Assembly (NCBI GenBank): GCA_039931685.1
Contig: JBDTRK010000004.1
Location: 426-64,425 of the forward strand
DNA from: Betaproteobacteria bacterium
Lineage (GTDB): Bacteria > Pseudomonadota > Gammaproteobacteria > Burkholderiales > JACQAP01
Direction: 5' to 3'
Length of the DNA stretch: 64,000 nt
Positions within the stretch are counted from its first letter, which is position 1. Each line of letters begins with the position of its first letter. Below are positions 51,182-61,910 of the stretch, one piece after another. Below the pieces are notes generated by a model. The model had not been told where the DNA came from. It did no database searches and saw only the letters and a program-made list of their open reading frames with translations. Both the position numbers and the translations under genes were made by a program.

Positions 51182-53042
51182 AATGTCGGTGCCAAATCTC
51201 CAGGTTGAGAAGCGACCACAGCAGCTTTTCGCTGTTCTGCCTGCCGCTCAGGTGATCCGCGAGTATTCCATCCAGGACCTTGGCATCGTAATAGGACCGG
51301 GTCATCGATTCGGCGCCCTGCAGGTGACTCGTCAGAAAATCTCGCATCGGGCCGCGAAACCATTTGTTAACCGGAACACGGAATCCCACCTTCGGTCGCG
51401 TCAGGATGCGTTCGGGAAGCAGATGCCGGGCCGCCGCCCGGAGTATCCATTTGGTGTGCCGACCCCGTATGCGGAACCGGTCCGGCAGAGACGAAACAAA
51501 CGCGACCAATTCGTGATCCAGGAACGGAACACGTCCCTCTATCGAAGCCGCCATGGTCATTCGGTCCGCGCGCTCGAGCAAGTTGTCGGGCAGCCAGCTG
51601 GTCTGATCGAAATAGAGCATGCGTCTCAATGAACTGCCGTGCGGATCGGCATCGAACGGCGCCGCGTCGGTCGGCGATGTGCGCGGAAAACGCATCACGC
51701 TCAGCCGGTCGCGCTCGGTGAAGCTAAGCGCTCCGAACCAGCGCACGTAACGCTCGCGCCAGTCTTCGATGTTCAGGTTGGTCACCGCAGTCTTGATGCG
51801 GCGGCAACCGTAGGGAAGTGCCCGGGCCAGCGGTTCGACGAGGCGATGGCGCAGGCTGCCCGGCAGCAACTGGTAAGGCCGCGCGAAGCGCTCGACGACA
51901 TGCTTCGGATACCCGCCGAGTATTTCGTCGCTGCCTTCGCCGGTCAGCACCATCTTCACGCTGCGTGAGGCTTCGCGCGCCAGCATGTAGATCGGAATAT
52001 CGGAGGGTTCGGATACCGGCGCATCGCGCAAGGCCACCAGCGCCGGGAGCCGGTCGACGAGGTCGCGATCCGTGACCGTGAGTTCATGGTGTGTCGTGCC
52101 GAAGTGCCGGGCGACTTCGCCCGCGTAGCCCAGTTCGCTGAAGCCGTCGTCGCCGAAGCCGACGGAAAAAGTATTGATCTTGCTATTGTGCCGGCTCATG
52201 AGCGCCACGATGGTCGAGGAGTCGAGCCCGCCGGACAGGAACGCACCGAACGGCACGTCGCTCACCATCTGCAGCTTGACCGCCTCGTCCAGGTGTGAAA
52301 GGAAGGCGTCGACGACATCGGCACCCGGTTGCTGGATGAGGTTCGCGCTGCGATCCGGTGGCGACCAGTAGCGCGCCTCGACGAGTTTTCCGTGCTCCCA
52401 GGTGGCCGTCGTCCCCGGCAACAGTTTGCGGATGCCGTTGAACAGCGTTCTCGGCCCCGGCACGTAGCGATAGGCCAGGTAGTCCCAGACCGCCTCCCGA
52501 TCTACCGAAGTGTTGAGGCCGGGAATGCGCAGCAAGGCCTTGATCTCCGATGCGAAGAATAGTCCGTTCGCGTTTTCATACAGGAACAGCGGCTTCTCGC
52601 CGAAGCGGTCGCGCGCCAGGAACAGGCGTTCTTTGCGGACATCCCAGATCGCGAATGCGAACATGCCGCGCAGGTGATTGACCACGTCGCACTGCCAGTG
52701 CTGGTAGGCGCGCAGCAGAACTTCGGTGTCGGAATCGCGTGCAAAGCTGTAACCGAGCCCGCACAACTCGTCCCTCAGTTCGCGGAAGTTGTAAATCTCG
52801 CCGTTGAACGTCACCGCAAGGCCGGCGCCCAGATCGCACATGGGCTGACGCGCCCCGTCGGGATCGATGATCGCCAGGCGCTTGTGCCCGAGAAACACGT
52901 CATGGCCCGTGCTGTTGCAGCGAAACTGCCTGAGGCCCTCGTCGTCCGGTCCGCGGTGGGCGATCGCATTCAGCATCGACTTGAGCATGTCAAGGTTGAG
53001 CACACGGTCCGGTCGTGCAATCCATCCTGCAATTCCACACAT
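51168..53042 (-). CDS. asparagine synthase (glutamine-hydrolysing) family amidotransferase
   Basis: N-terminal nucleophile MCGIAG; GATase-II region (FNGEIYNFRELR) and synthetase PP-loop (AFLSGGLDSS). 624 aa. Confidence 0.92.
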   Translation of the reverse strand: MCGIAGWIARPDRVLNLDMLKSMLNAIAHRGPDDEGLRQFRCNSTGHDVFLGHKRLAIIDPDGARQPMCDLGAGLAVTFNGEIYNFRELRDELCGLGYSFARDSDTEVLLRAYQHWQCDVVNHLRGMFAFAIWDVRKERLFLARDRFGEKPLFLYENANGLFFASEIKALLRIPGLNTSVDREAVWDYLAYRYVPGPRTLFNGIRKLLPGTTATWEHGKLVEARYWSPPDRSANLIQQPGADVVDAFLSHLDEAVKLQMVSDVPFGAFLSGGLDSSTIVALMSRHNSKINTFSVGFGDDGFSELGYAGEVARHFGTTHHELTVTDRDLVDRLPALVALRDAPVSEPSDIPIYMLAREASRSVKMVLTGEGSDEILGGYPKHVVERFARPYQLLPGSLRHRLVEPLARALPYGCRRIKTAVTNLNIEDWRERYVRWFGALSFTERDRLSVMRFPRTSPTDAAPFDADPHGSSLRRMLYFDQTSWLPDNLLERADRMTMAASIEGRVPFLDHELVAFVSSLPDRFRIRGRHTKWILRAAARHLLPERILTRPKVGFRVPVNKWFRGPMRDFLTSHLQGAESMTRSYYDAKVLDGILADHLSGRQNSEKLLWSLLNLEIWHRHYARA

Positions 53043-53241
53043 GCAACCCCCTGCCGGTACGCGCTGTCAGTATCGGCACAACGCCCCGGCGTGTTTGCCA
53101 TTGAAAGATTCCGATGTATTGCTCCCGCCGAACGGCTTGCGGCATGCGCTACACCTTCGCACTACGTCACTTTCCCTATTCGACTTCCTGTCTGGATTCG
53201 AGTCAGTGGACCTGAAACGCCGCTGCGCAGCCACGGAGCCC

Positions 53242-54333
53242 TCAGCTAAGGCAGCGGTCGTACAGTCTGCGAAAATCATCCGCCAGCCGCCCCACGGCGT
53301 AGTGCTCCAATACGCGCCGCCGCGCCGCTTCCGACATTCGTCTCAGCTTGTCGCGGTCGTCGTCGAGGGCGGCCACTGCGCTCGCAAGAGCACCTGCATC
53401 CTTCACCGGCACGAACAGGCCGTGCTCCCCGTCGCGCATCACATCGGGCATTGCGGCGACGCGTGTCGTGATGGGGACGCAGCCGGCCGCCATTGCCTCG
53501 AGCAATGCATACGGGAGGCCTTCCTTGTGGTAAGTCGGAAAGACAAACAAGTCCGAATCGAGCCAGAGCCTGTATTTCCCGGCAGCGAAGATGCTGCCGA
53601 TGAACTGCACGCGGTCCTCGAGGCCGGCCCGTTTTGAGGCGGCCATCATGGCGGCCAGATCCGGGCCTTCGCCCGCCACCGAGAGGGTGAATTCCCGCCC
53701 GGCGCGCTTCAGCGTGACCAAAGCCTCGATGACTTCGAACAACCCTTTGCTGCGGACCAGTCGTCCGACATAAACCAGCTTGAGCGGCCCGCCCGTGTTG
53801 CAAACGCGTTTCTGGTCGGCAAGGCCTGCGGCGTCAATGGCGTTGGGGACCAGGTGGACATTAATTCGCCGATCAAAGTCCTGGTAGGCGCGTAGCTCGG
53901 CCGTAGAAAGCACGGCCACCACGCTGCTGGAAACGAGAAAGCGCCGCAAGATCCAGGTCAGCAAGGCGTTGCCCTCGAAGAACGCCTGCGGGAGCGCCCC
54001 ACCATGAATCTGATTCACCACGCGCCGGCCGAATCCCTTGGCGACGATCCAATAGCCCAGATCCCGCCAGTAGCCGTTGCGATCGAGCGAAGTGTTGATG
54101 TGGACGACGTCGGCACCTGTCCTGAGCATGAGCAGCCCGAGCTGGAAAGGGCTTGCCGCAAGCCGCGCCACCTTCTGCAGGAAATTCTCCCGGCGCCCTT
54201 CGCTTCCGACCTGGAAGTGGATGAGCGAGAAATCATCGGCGAGCCGGGAAGCGAACAACGTATTCAGGTGCGTGCTGACCCCGCTGACCGCTTCGCGGTG
54301 TGGACCGAGCACGAGGACCACCGCTCGTTTCAT
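53242..54333 (-). CDS. GT4-family glycosyltransferase
   Basis: MKRAVVLVLGPHREAVSGVSTHL..., C-terminal FVFPTYHKEGLPYALLEAMAAGCVPI. Alternative starts are at 54375 and 54438. Confidence 0.85.
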   Translation of the reverse strand: MKRAVVLVLGPHREAVSGVSTHLNTLFASRLADDFSLIHFQVGSEGRRENFLQKVARLAASPFQLGLLMLRTGADVVHINTSLDRNGYWRDLGYWIVAKGFGRRVVNQIHGGALPQAFFEGNALLTWILRRFLVSSSVVAVLSTAELRAYQDFDRRINVHLVPNAIDAAGLADQKRVCNTGGPLKLVYVGRLVRSKGLFEVIEALVTLKRAGREFTLSVAGEGPDLAAMMAASKRAGLEDRVQFIGSIFAAGKYRLWLDSDLFVFPTYHKEGLPYALLEAMAAGCVPITTRVAAMPDVMRDGEHGLFVPVKDAGALASAVAALDDDRDKLRRMSEAARRRVLEHYAVGRLADDFRRLYDRCLS

Positions 54334-54568
54334 GCCGTAGAGCGCATCGGTGCAAGCATTGACGTTCCGGGGCATAACATCGACCGGCGCCGAGTCTGAC
54401 ACCGATACTCGATGCGGCAACCCTCCGTATGGCGGCATTTCCGATCCTCTCCTTGTAAAACCATGAATGACAGTCCCTATCGCTGTCGCGCATAAGGCAC
54501 CGATTTGTCGCTATTGTGCGACAGTGCTATGCAGTGATTTGCATGCTCGCCATGGGCCGGATGGACCG

Positions 54569-55720
54569 TCAGCCCGCTATTTCAGGTCGCGACCGCAGAG
54601 GGTTTGCACAGATTTCCAGGATCATCCGTTCGTAACGGTCCACCATGGCCTTCTCCGAGAACCGGGATTCCGCCACCAGACGTGCGTTCCTGCCTATGTC
54701 CGTGGAAACGGCGCGATCCGCCAGAAGCGTCAGTCTTCCGACCATGGCCTCGGTATCGCCAACCGGAAAAAGGTAACCGTTGAGCCCTGGAGTAATCATC
54801 TCTGGAGCGCCACCGACATCGGAATGCACAACCGGTTTACCCAAGGCCATGGCCTCGATCCCCGCCAGGGAAAACGCCTCGGTGAAACTGCACAGCACCA
54901 TGACATCGCAGGCGGCGACATACGGCCGCACATCCTGCTTGAATCCGCTTATCACCACTTCGTCCTGCACGCCGCGTTCGCGGGCGCGGGCTTCGACCGC
55001 CGTCCGCATGGGGCCGTCGCCAATGATCAGTGCCCGTGCCTGAATGCCTTTGGCGCGCAGCATTGCAATCGCGTCCACTAGCTGCAGGGGATTCTTCTCC
55101 GGCCGCAGCACAGCCGACAATCCGATCACGTAGTCGGCATCGCGAAAGCCGAGGGCGGCGCGCAGGCTTGCGCGCTCCGTGGCATTGCAGGCGTCGCTGA
55201 ACTGATCCGTATCCACGCCGTTGTAGATTACTTCGTTTCTGCGCGAGAACACGCCGCGATGCACCCAGTATCGTTTCTGGTTTTCGCAGACGAAAACGAG
55301 GCAGTCGGCGGCCCAGAACAGCGGACGATAGGCGAGCATCTGCAACTGCTCCTTGATCCCGAGCAGGCGGTTCGAATGAAAAGTCACGATCAAGCGCACG
55401 CGCTTGCGCGAAAGACGCGTCGCCAGCGCGGCGTACATCAGCGCATAGGGATTCGCCGCCACGATTACGGCAGGTTCGATGCGGGCAATGTGGGCGGCAA
55501 ACCGGGCCAGTGCAGCGCTGTCAAAATAGCGGGCGGCATCGAGGCACTTCACGCTTGCGCCATCGCGCAATCGGATCCGGTCCAGTTGGTCTGCTCCATT
55601 CTTGATATAGACCGCATGGCATTCGTGGCGGCGCTCCACCAGGCGGTTCATGATCGTGATCGAGTGGCGTTCGGCGCCGCCGTGACACAGCGAACCCGTG
55701 ACGAACATCATTCGCGGCAT
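54569..55720 (-). CDS. GT4-family glycosyltransferase
   Basis: MMFVTGSLCHGGAERHSITIMNRL..., C-terminal VLCSFTEAFSLAGIEAMALGKPVV. Confidence 0.88.
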   Translation of the reverse strand: MPRMMFVTGSLCHGGAERHSITIMNRLVERRHECHAVYIKNGADQLDRIRLRDGASVKCLDAARYFDSAALARFAAHIARIEPAVIVAANPYALMYAALATRLSRKRVRLIVTFHSNRLLGIKEQLQMLAYRPLFWAADCLVFVCENQKRYWVHRGVFSRRNEVIYNGVDTDQFSDACNATERASLRAALGFRDADYVIGLSAVLRPEKNPLQLVDAIAMLRAKGIQARALIIGDGPMRTAVEARARERGVQDEVVISGFKQDVRPYVAACDVMVLCSFTEAFSLAGIEAMALGKPVVHSDVGGAPEMITPGLNGYLFPVGDTEAMVGRLTLLADRAVSTDIGRNARLVAESRFSEKAMVDRYERMILEICANPLRSRPEIAG

Positions 55721-55729
55721 GACCCTGGC

Positions 55730-57259
55730 TCAGTGTGCGCGCTTGCGCCTGCGCAGGGTGGCGATCCAGGCTCGACCCATGCCGGACATAGCGGCCATTG
55801 CGGCATAAACCAATGCGAGCGTAGTCCCGCCAACGAGCCCGCGAATCAGCGGCCCGCTCGCGGGGAAACACAGAACGACCATGCCCCAGGCGATCAAAGC
55901 CGCCAGAGCGGCGAAGGACACGAGCAGTGCGAGGGCTTTCCAGTCCTGCAGCCGCCGAATCGGCACTTCCGTGAGCAAGGAAATTCGCCACAGGGTGACC
56001 ATGCGGTCGATATAAATCACGATCACGCCCCCCACCGCCGCTCCCGCCAGCCCGATTTGTACGGCCGCGTACCAGTTAAGGGCCACGGCCAGGACTAGCG
56101 CGGCGACGTTCAGCACCATTACGAATACCGCTTGCCGGAGCAGCATCGTAAGACTCGATAATTCAACGACAAGGGCGGCAATGCCGACGATGTAGATGCG
56201 AATTACCGGAGCGGCATCCAGATAGGTCGCCGTGTAGACGATCGTAACAAGTTCGTCCGCGAAGACGAAGGCAAACGCGAACAGCGGAAAAACGAGTGCA
56301 CCGACCATGATATTCCCGCGACTGTTGAGCTCGAGCAGGCCGGCAATGTCGCCGCTCGCCTGGTGGCGGCTCATGGTCGGCAGAAATGCATAGCTGACCG
56401 ACTGGCGGAACAGGTTCATCAGCGGTCCGAGCACCGCGGCAATCGAAAACGCCGCAAACATACTCAGCGGGAAAAGCGCGGCGACCACCCACTGGTCCGC
56501 CTGCGTGCGCAAACCGTACAGCGCGCCAGCCGCTCCGAGCGGCGCTGCATACTGCAACTGATCGACCAATGCGCTCCATCGCAACACCGGCCTGCGCAAA
56601 CCGTGAAACCTGGCGATATAGCCCATCAGGACGACCACCTTGAACGCCACGAAGGCGAGCAAAACCAGCAGCACAGGTCCCAGATCGCGCGTCAGAACGG
56701 CAACCAGAGACAGCGACACGGCACGCAATACGGCAAGGCTGACCGTCGCCTTCGCCTGCCACTTCACGCGCTCCTCGGCGGTGGGCAGTACATCGAGCAA
56801 AGAGGCGACGACCCACATCAGAATGAACACGGGCAGCACGACTTCGTGCCGGGCAAGACCACGCAACTTCTCTGGTAACCAGGGATTCCAGCCACTGACT
56901 GCCCACGCTGCGACCAGGCCGGCAAGCACGAGAAATATCAGCGTCTGATTCACATACAGGCGTTTGCCCGTCGCGTCAGAGCGCGGCAGAAAGTAATAAA
57001 GGCTCGCGGGCATGGCCAATGTCGCCACCGCGATGACCGTGCCGGCTACCAGCCACAGCAGGCGGTACTCTCCGAAGGCAGCGGCATCAAGGCATCGCGT
57101 CAACACCACAGGAAGAATGAACTGCATCGCAACGTCGAACGCGTTTGCTGCACCCAACGACAAGGCACGGTGTCCGAGCCGCGGCGCAGCCGGCATCGCG
57201 GTCGCCGTTTCGCCCCCAACGGCCGACGTTTGCATTGCTGCGGACGGATCCGGAACCAT
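55730..57259 (-). CDS. Wzx-like oligosaccharide/polysaccharide flippase (MOP superfamily)
   Basis: Polytopic membrane protein. LGAANAFDVAMQFILPVVLTRCLDAAAFGEYRL is a typical flippase N-terminus. The ORF extends to 57457, but that extension overlaps the ligase-like relic. ATGs at 57259 and 57235 are likelier starts. Confidence 0.8.
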   Translation of the reverse strand: MVPDPSAAMQTSAVGGETATAMPAAPRLGHRALSLGAANAFDVAMQFILPVVLTRCLDAAAFGEYRLLWLVAGTVIAVATLAMPASLYYFLPRSDATGKRLYVNQTLIFLVLAGLVAAWAVSGWNPWLPEKLRGLARHEVVLPVFILMWVVASLLDVLPTAEERVKWQAKATVSLAVLRAVSLSLVAVLTRDLGPVLLVLLAFVAFKVVVLMGYIARFHGLRRPVLRWSALVDQLQYAAPLGAAGALYGLRTQADQWVVAALFPLSMFAAFSIAAVLGPLMNLFRQSVSYAFLPTMSRHQASGDIAGLLELNSRGNIMVGALVFPLFAFAFVFADELVTIVYTATYLDAAPVIRIYIVGIAALVVELSSLTMLLRQAVFVMVLNVAALVLAVALNWYAAVQIGLAGAAVGGVIVIYIDRMVTLWRISLLTEVPIRRLQDWKALALLVSFAALAALIAWGMVVLCFPASGPLIRGLVGGTTLALVYAAMAAMSGMGRAWIATLRRRKRAH

Positions 57260-57323
57260 GACGGACTGCACGCGCCGGCCCATGGCAGTCAAGTAGCAGG
57301 CTGCTTGTTGAGTCGGCCGTACA

Positions 57324-57914
57324 TTAGCCCAATCGCCAGCCAAAGGAAGGTACCTGTTCGGGTCGCAGCGCAAGGCTGCCATCGGTAATGCTGGAGACAA
57401 CGAAGCGGACGACCAGACCCTGGTCGCAACTCCATTTCCCGAATCCCCTCCGGTCATGCAGGAAATAGGCGCATTTCAAAACTCTAGCGGCTCTTCCCAT
57501 TTCGAGGAGTTCGCTAACCGACTCCTGCAATAACTGCGCGGTCATGCCGACAAAATTTCTGAAAAAAGGCGACTTGCTCATAAACTCGGGCGACCATTTG
57601 TGCCGACTCGCCGCTTTATGGGGACTAATCGAGCGACGTAATATGGAGTGCCATACTAGCCACATGATATTTTTCGGATTGCCTGCCTCGCTAGTCTGAT
57701 CGGACCAGCCGGAACCGGGGACGCCTATGCTTGTTGTTAAACCTCTTTCCTGCAGGCAGGACCATTGACAGGATCGTATGGATTCCCGCCAGATCGACTC
57801 CGGAATGGGGAGCTGCCCACTGGTCAGGAAAGTCGGGCCGCCCGTTCGGCCCGTACGCGGAATCATGGCAACGGACTTGAATTGCAGTGAGAACCACCTC
57901 ATCACGGATCCCAC
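57324..57914 (-). pseudogene. diverged 3' fragment of a Wzy/O-antigen-ligase-like gene (relic copy)
   Basis: The C-terminal half of this 196-aa ORF aligns with the C-terminus of the intact gene 61911..63452. ELLEMGRAARVLKCAYFLHDRRGFGKW aligns with ALLDMGVAGLVLMCAYFIHVWRGFRKL, and SSITDGSLALRPEQ aligns with SNITDGSLVPRPEQ. A 1-nt indel after PEQ breaks the frame. The TM hydrophobicity is lost. Confidence 0.65.
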
Positions 57915-57923
57915 GCGGATACC

Positions 57924-59351
57924 TTAGCGGGTGAGCGTATAAAGGTCGGTGGTGGATATCGGATCAAAGCTGTATATCACACTGATGCACAAGAGAATCC
58001 ACAGCAAGATCTTCAAATGGCTTTTCGTCAGCAGCTCAGCACACAATATTGAAAAGAATGGAACGAACATCAACTGCCTGTAACCAAGGCCGTAGCCAAA
58101 CACCAGACCATAAGGTAATGCTGTCAAGAGCACGATCACTGACAGCTTCGAAATCTCCCTTGAATGAGCCTGAAAACATGATGAAACCGCCAAAACGATG
58201 AAGAAGAAGAACACACTGCCCGTCCCGATCACACGTTGAACAAGCTGCACTTCCGGTCTAACAACGGACCGCCCATCGAATGTTTTGCTGCTCGATTTAA
58301 GTTCTGACGATAGCGAGAAATCATCAACCTTCTCTCCACGAGGATCAAAATTTCTATGGGTGATTGGTGTCAAGATCTCCATGGCAAAGGAAACGGGATT
58401 CGCAAAAGGCGTGAGAATTGCCAATGATATTATTCCAAACACTGCTAACTCTTTAGCACGTCGTTTAATATATTCAACGGCTGACGCCAGGCCAGATGCC
58501 GCATAGCATTCGTAGCCTTGCCATATAAAGAAAAAGAGCAAGGCTGGCAAAAGAAATACCGCCGTATTCTTCGATGCCAGAGCAAGCCCATATGCCACTC
58601 CACCGATCACATATTTGCGTTTTAAGAGAAAGTAACTGGATGCCAGCAAAAAAGGCACCATGATTGAATCATGGTGTAAGTTTGGGAAGTACTGAATAGT
58701 GGTCGGAAAGAAAGCGCATACAGCAGCTCCCAAACCTGCCAGCCTCTCATCAAACTCGGTTTTCAATATGAAATAGACGAGCAAAACTGTGAGTAACCCG
58801 GATACGATTTGTACCAAACGCGTGAGCACAAACAAGGGATGATAATTTTGGCTGTGTTGAATATGAAGCAACTCTTGCCCGTTTGAAACCAATGATACAA
58901 GCGCGAGTTGCGGTATCGACAGCAACGCAGGCAGGAGAGGCTTGCCGGCACCATGGCTGTAGAACCTGTCCGGTTCCGGGACTATCATGCGCGACTGATA
59001 CAAAACCAATGCCTTTGGATCGGTGCTCTCGACACGCTCTGGCTTGGAATAGCCAAATCGGCTTTCCTCCTCGGCAAACAGGGTTTTGTGGTGCTCGTTG
59101 ACGATGGGGGAAAAAAGAGGGCGATACTGCCAATAGAAAAAATAAGACTTTGCGGCCGTTTCGAAGGCTTTCTTGTAGTTTTTTTCCTTTACGTAGCCCT
59201 TTGTATAGTCCCCGCCCAACAACTCGTAAGGTTCTCGAATAAACGCAAACTCATCGACATCCAGCTTGACGGTAGCAAATAATGACGCGAGTACTAGATA
59301 GATCACGGAAATCGCGACAATGTGAAATCTTGGTGTAGAAAATATTGTCAT
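57924..59351 (-). CDS. GT-C-fold membrane glycosyltransferase (ArnT/PMT/GtrC-like)
   Basis: 475 aa with about 11-12 TM segments. The first loop carries an acidic motif (KLDVDEFAFIREPY) as in GT-C enzymes. G+C is markedly lower than in the flanking DNA. Confidence 0.7.
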   Translation of the reverse strand: MTIFSTPRFHIVAISVIYLVLASLFATVKLDVDEFAFIREPYELLGGDYTKGYVKEKNYKKAFETAAKSYFFYWQYRPLFSPIVNEHHKTLFAEEESRFGYSKPERVESTDPKALVLYQSRMIVPEPDRFYSHGAGKPLLPALLSIPQLALVSLVSNGQELLHIQHSQNYHPLFVLTRLVQIVSGLLTVLLVYFILKTEFDERLAGLGAAVCAFFPTTIQYFPNLHHDSIMVPFLLASSYFLLKRKYVIGGVAYGLALASKNTAVFLLPALLFFFIWQGYECYAASGLASAVEYIKRRAKELAVFGIISLAILTPFANPVSFAMEILTPITHRNFDPRGEKVDDFSLSSELKSSSKTFDGRSVVRPEVQLVQRVIGTGSVFFFFIVLAVSSCFQAHSREISKLSVIVLLTALPYGLVFGYGLGYRQLMFVPFFSILCAELLTKSHLKILLWILLCISVIYSFDPISTTDLYTLTR

Positions 59352-59969
59352 GTCAGGTTTCTCGTAAGTAGTTCTCGCAAGCTTCCCGGTTCGGTGGACG
59401 GTTCAAAACTGTCGGTTCCGCAGCGAGCAAATTCTGTTGTTAGCGCGCTGGCAAGATTCTCCCCGCATCCTTCGGCCTAAAGGCGTTCTACGACTCGAGC
59501 CAAATGGCGACGATTTCGCACTCTTCCGCCAGTGACTCGAATGGGAAAGCCGCTAGAGCCGCCTTCCTGCAGGTCAGAATAAAGCGTTCGACAAAGGCGT
59601 TCCAATGCATTTTTCAGACATGGACGAAGCGCAACTCGATGCTTCGGGCGCGGCACCAAGAGATAAAATGGGTCGCTTGTTAGTCCGGTGCTAATGTCGT
59701 AACGAATCGCGTGAATCAGGCTGTGCAGGTCGATCGACCGCCCCGTAAGCTTCATCACTTATTTCACCGGGGCGCTCACAGCAGTGTCGATGCTGACGGC
59801 GCCACAGTTTTCATCGTCGATTACGCCAGGAGTCCGGGGTACCCGCCCACGGTAATGCGTGTTTCGCATGAAGAGAGCCCAGCCCGCATTCATCTGGAGC
59901 ACCATAAATCCGGCGCCCGCTGCTCGCTCCTGCGCACCCGGCGCTCGGACCGCCGCGGCAGATCAATCT

Positions 59970-60380
59970 TCATCTATGCGTTCCCCTGAATGCGATGTAC
60001 TTCGAGCTGAAAAAATTGAAGAACAGAGCAACCGCGGAGGCAATGGCAAGGGGTACGAGAGGCGAGTTTGCAAGTGCATTGAATCTGAAAATCAGCCAGA
60101 AGAAAATTGCCAGATTCAGAAGCGCGCCAAGGCCGTTGACGACCACATAGCGCGCCCACTCTCGAAAGACCTGTTTGTCCTTCTTTCCAGAGAAGGTGTG
60201 CTGCCGGTTTAGATACCAGGTTAAGGTAACCGCCACACTGAATGAGAACAATCGGGCGGACAGTAAATCCAGGCCGAAAAGACTATTCAGAAAAATGAGT
60301 ACTCCACCATCGGTGGCAAAACCGATACTGCCGATCACAACGAAGCTGCTGGCTTGTTGCGATATTTGCCGCCACATCAT
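59970..60380 (-). CDS. gtrA: GtrA-family membrane protein
   Basis: 136 aa with four TM segments: FVVIGSIGFATDGGVLIFL...WYLNRQHTF...NGLGALLNLAIFF...FFSSKYIAF. The start overlaps the GT2 stop as ATGA. Confidence 0.85.
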   Translation of the reverse strand: MMWRQISQQASSFVVIGSIGFATDGGVLIFLNSLFGLDLLSARLFSFSVAVTLTWYLNRQHTFSGKKDKQVFREWARYVVVNGLGALLNLAIFFWLIFRFNALANSPLVPLAIASAVALFFNFFSSKYIAFRGTHR

Positions 60381-61411
60381 GACGCGGGTGGGGATTTGAA
60401 GCGATGGCTGTCAGCGAGCCAGGGAAGACCGAGATATACCAGCCGTCTGAATTCTCTGCGGCCCCGGGCCACCGAACTCAATATCATGCCGTTGCTCAAG
60501 CTCAGAAAAGCAAGAATCATGATGCTCGCAGAAAGAATTGCCGTTGGAACGCGCGGCACAAGGCCCGTCTCCAACCATTCGAGAACTATGGGCGCCCCCA
60601 GAGCAAATGAGGTGGCGGCAAGTATGGCGAACAATACTCCAAAGAAGAAAGAGGGACGCTCTTCCTTGGTCATCAAGAGGATCGTCCACAGAATGCGAAT
60701 GCCGTCGCGATAGGTATTCAGCTTGCTCACGCTGTTCTCCGGCCGCTCCTTGTACGGCGTGGGCATCTCCGCGACCGGCATATGGAGAGACAGCGCATGT
60801 ATGGTGAGCTCTGTCTCGATTTCGAAACCTGTCGAAAGCGCGGGAAACGATTTTACGAAGCGCCGGGAGAAGACCCGGTAACCGGAAAGAATGTCGACGA
60901 AACGCCTGCCAAAGATCCAGGCCACAATGCCCGTCAAGAAGCGGTTGCCAAGTCGGTGTCCGACCCGATACGCCTCACGCTTCTCAGTGACACGTTGCCC
61001 ATTGACCATGTCGCATCGATTTTGAAGGAGCAAATCAATCATCAGCGGAGCGCTAGCCGCGCTATATGTATCATCGCCGTCTACAAGCACGTAGATGGAT
61101 GCCTGAACGTCCGCAAACATTCTGCGAACTACATTCCCCTTTCCCTGCTCGGGCTCCACGCGCACGATAGCACTATGATCCCTTGCTATTGCCGCAGTGT
61201 GGTCCGTGGAGTTGTTATCGTAAACATAGACCCGAGCGGCGGGAAGATGCTGCTTGAATGCATCAATAACCGCGGAGACCGCCACTCCCTCGTTGTAGCA
61301 AGGGATAAGCACAGCGATACTCAGCGTTTCAGATATAGCTGGCTCTTCCAGAATACGCGACTGTTCTACGCCGCTCCGCAATTGATGATCTCCGTGCGCG
61401 CTAACGCCCAT
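60377..61411 (-). CDS. GT2-family polyprenyl-phosphate glycosyltransferase (GtrB/ArnC/DPM1-like) with C-terminal TM helices
   Basis: IAVLIPCYNEG...YVYDNNSTDHT...GKGN...VLVDGDDTY, then two C-terminal TM helices (FFFGVLFAILAATSFALGAPIVL, ILSASIMILAFLSLSNGMIL). Confidence 0.85.
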   Translation of the reverse strand: MGVSAHGDHQLRSGVEQSRILEEPAISETLSIAVLIPCYNEGVAVSAVIDAFKQHLPAARVYVYDNNSTDHTAAIARDHSAIVRVEPEQGKGNVVRRMFADVQASIYVLVDGDDTYSAASAPLMIDLLLQNRCDMVNGQRVTEKREAYRVGHRLGNRFLTGIVAWIFGRRFVDILSGYRVFSRRFVKSFPALSTGFEIETELTIHALSLHMPVAEMPTPYKERPENSVSKLNTYRDGIRILWTILLMTKEERPSFFFGVLFAILAATSFALGAPIVLEWLETGLVPRVPTAILSASIMILAFLSLSNGMILSSVARGRREFRRLVYLGLPWLADSHRFKSPPAS

Positions 61412-61910
61412 GGTAGCCCTCCGTCAAACAGCAAGAGAATGGAAACCGCCTTGTGCCAAAGCCCTCAACCAATCGTTTCGGGCAGGTCGCGGCGATGACG
61501 ATGCCGCCCAACACGCAAAAGCAATCGATGAAAATCCAGAAAATGCGCAGAAATGGCACTTGGTACAGATGGCTGTATGCGTCGATTTGGATTGGAGCAG
61601 CCAGACATACAGTTATGCAGCGCCAACGACACAGAACGACAAATCGACTTTCCATACTCTTCCCCTCGAATTGCACGCAATTTCCGGTTAGGACGGTGAC
61701 ATGGGCAGAAGCCAGAATCGCCATGGAACCATGGTCCGAATGGATCAGGTCTTTGATCCACGATAGCGTCGATGCAGAGCGCATTCGCTTTCGCCCATTT
61801 TCTATTCGTGGCACTTACTCTTCCGGCAGTGTGTGGCGCGGCGACGCGAGTCCGTGAATCGGCGCACATTGCTTTTCCGGCGAACCCTCGCATGCTCAGT
61901 GGCGCCCCGA

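Noticed and set aside
59477-59758. 93-aa minus-strand ORF in the spacer between gtrA and the GT-C gene as a real gene.
   Set aside because: I saw no recognisable motif and no obvious RBS. The neighbouring frames contain equally long ORFs. It is kept only as part of the spacer observation.
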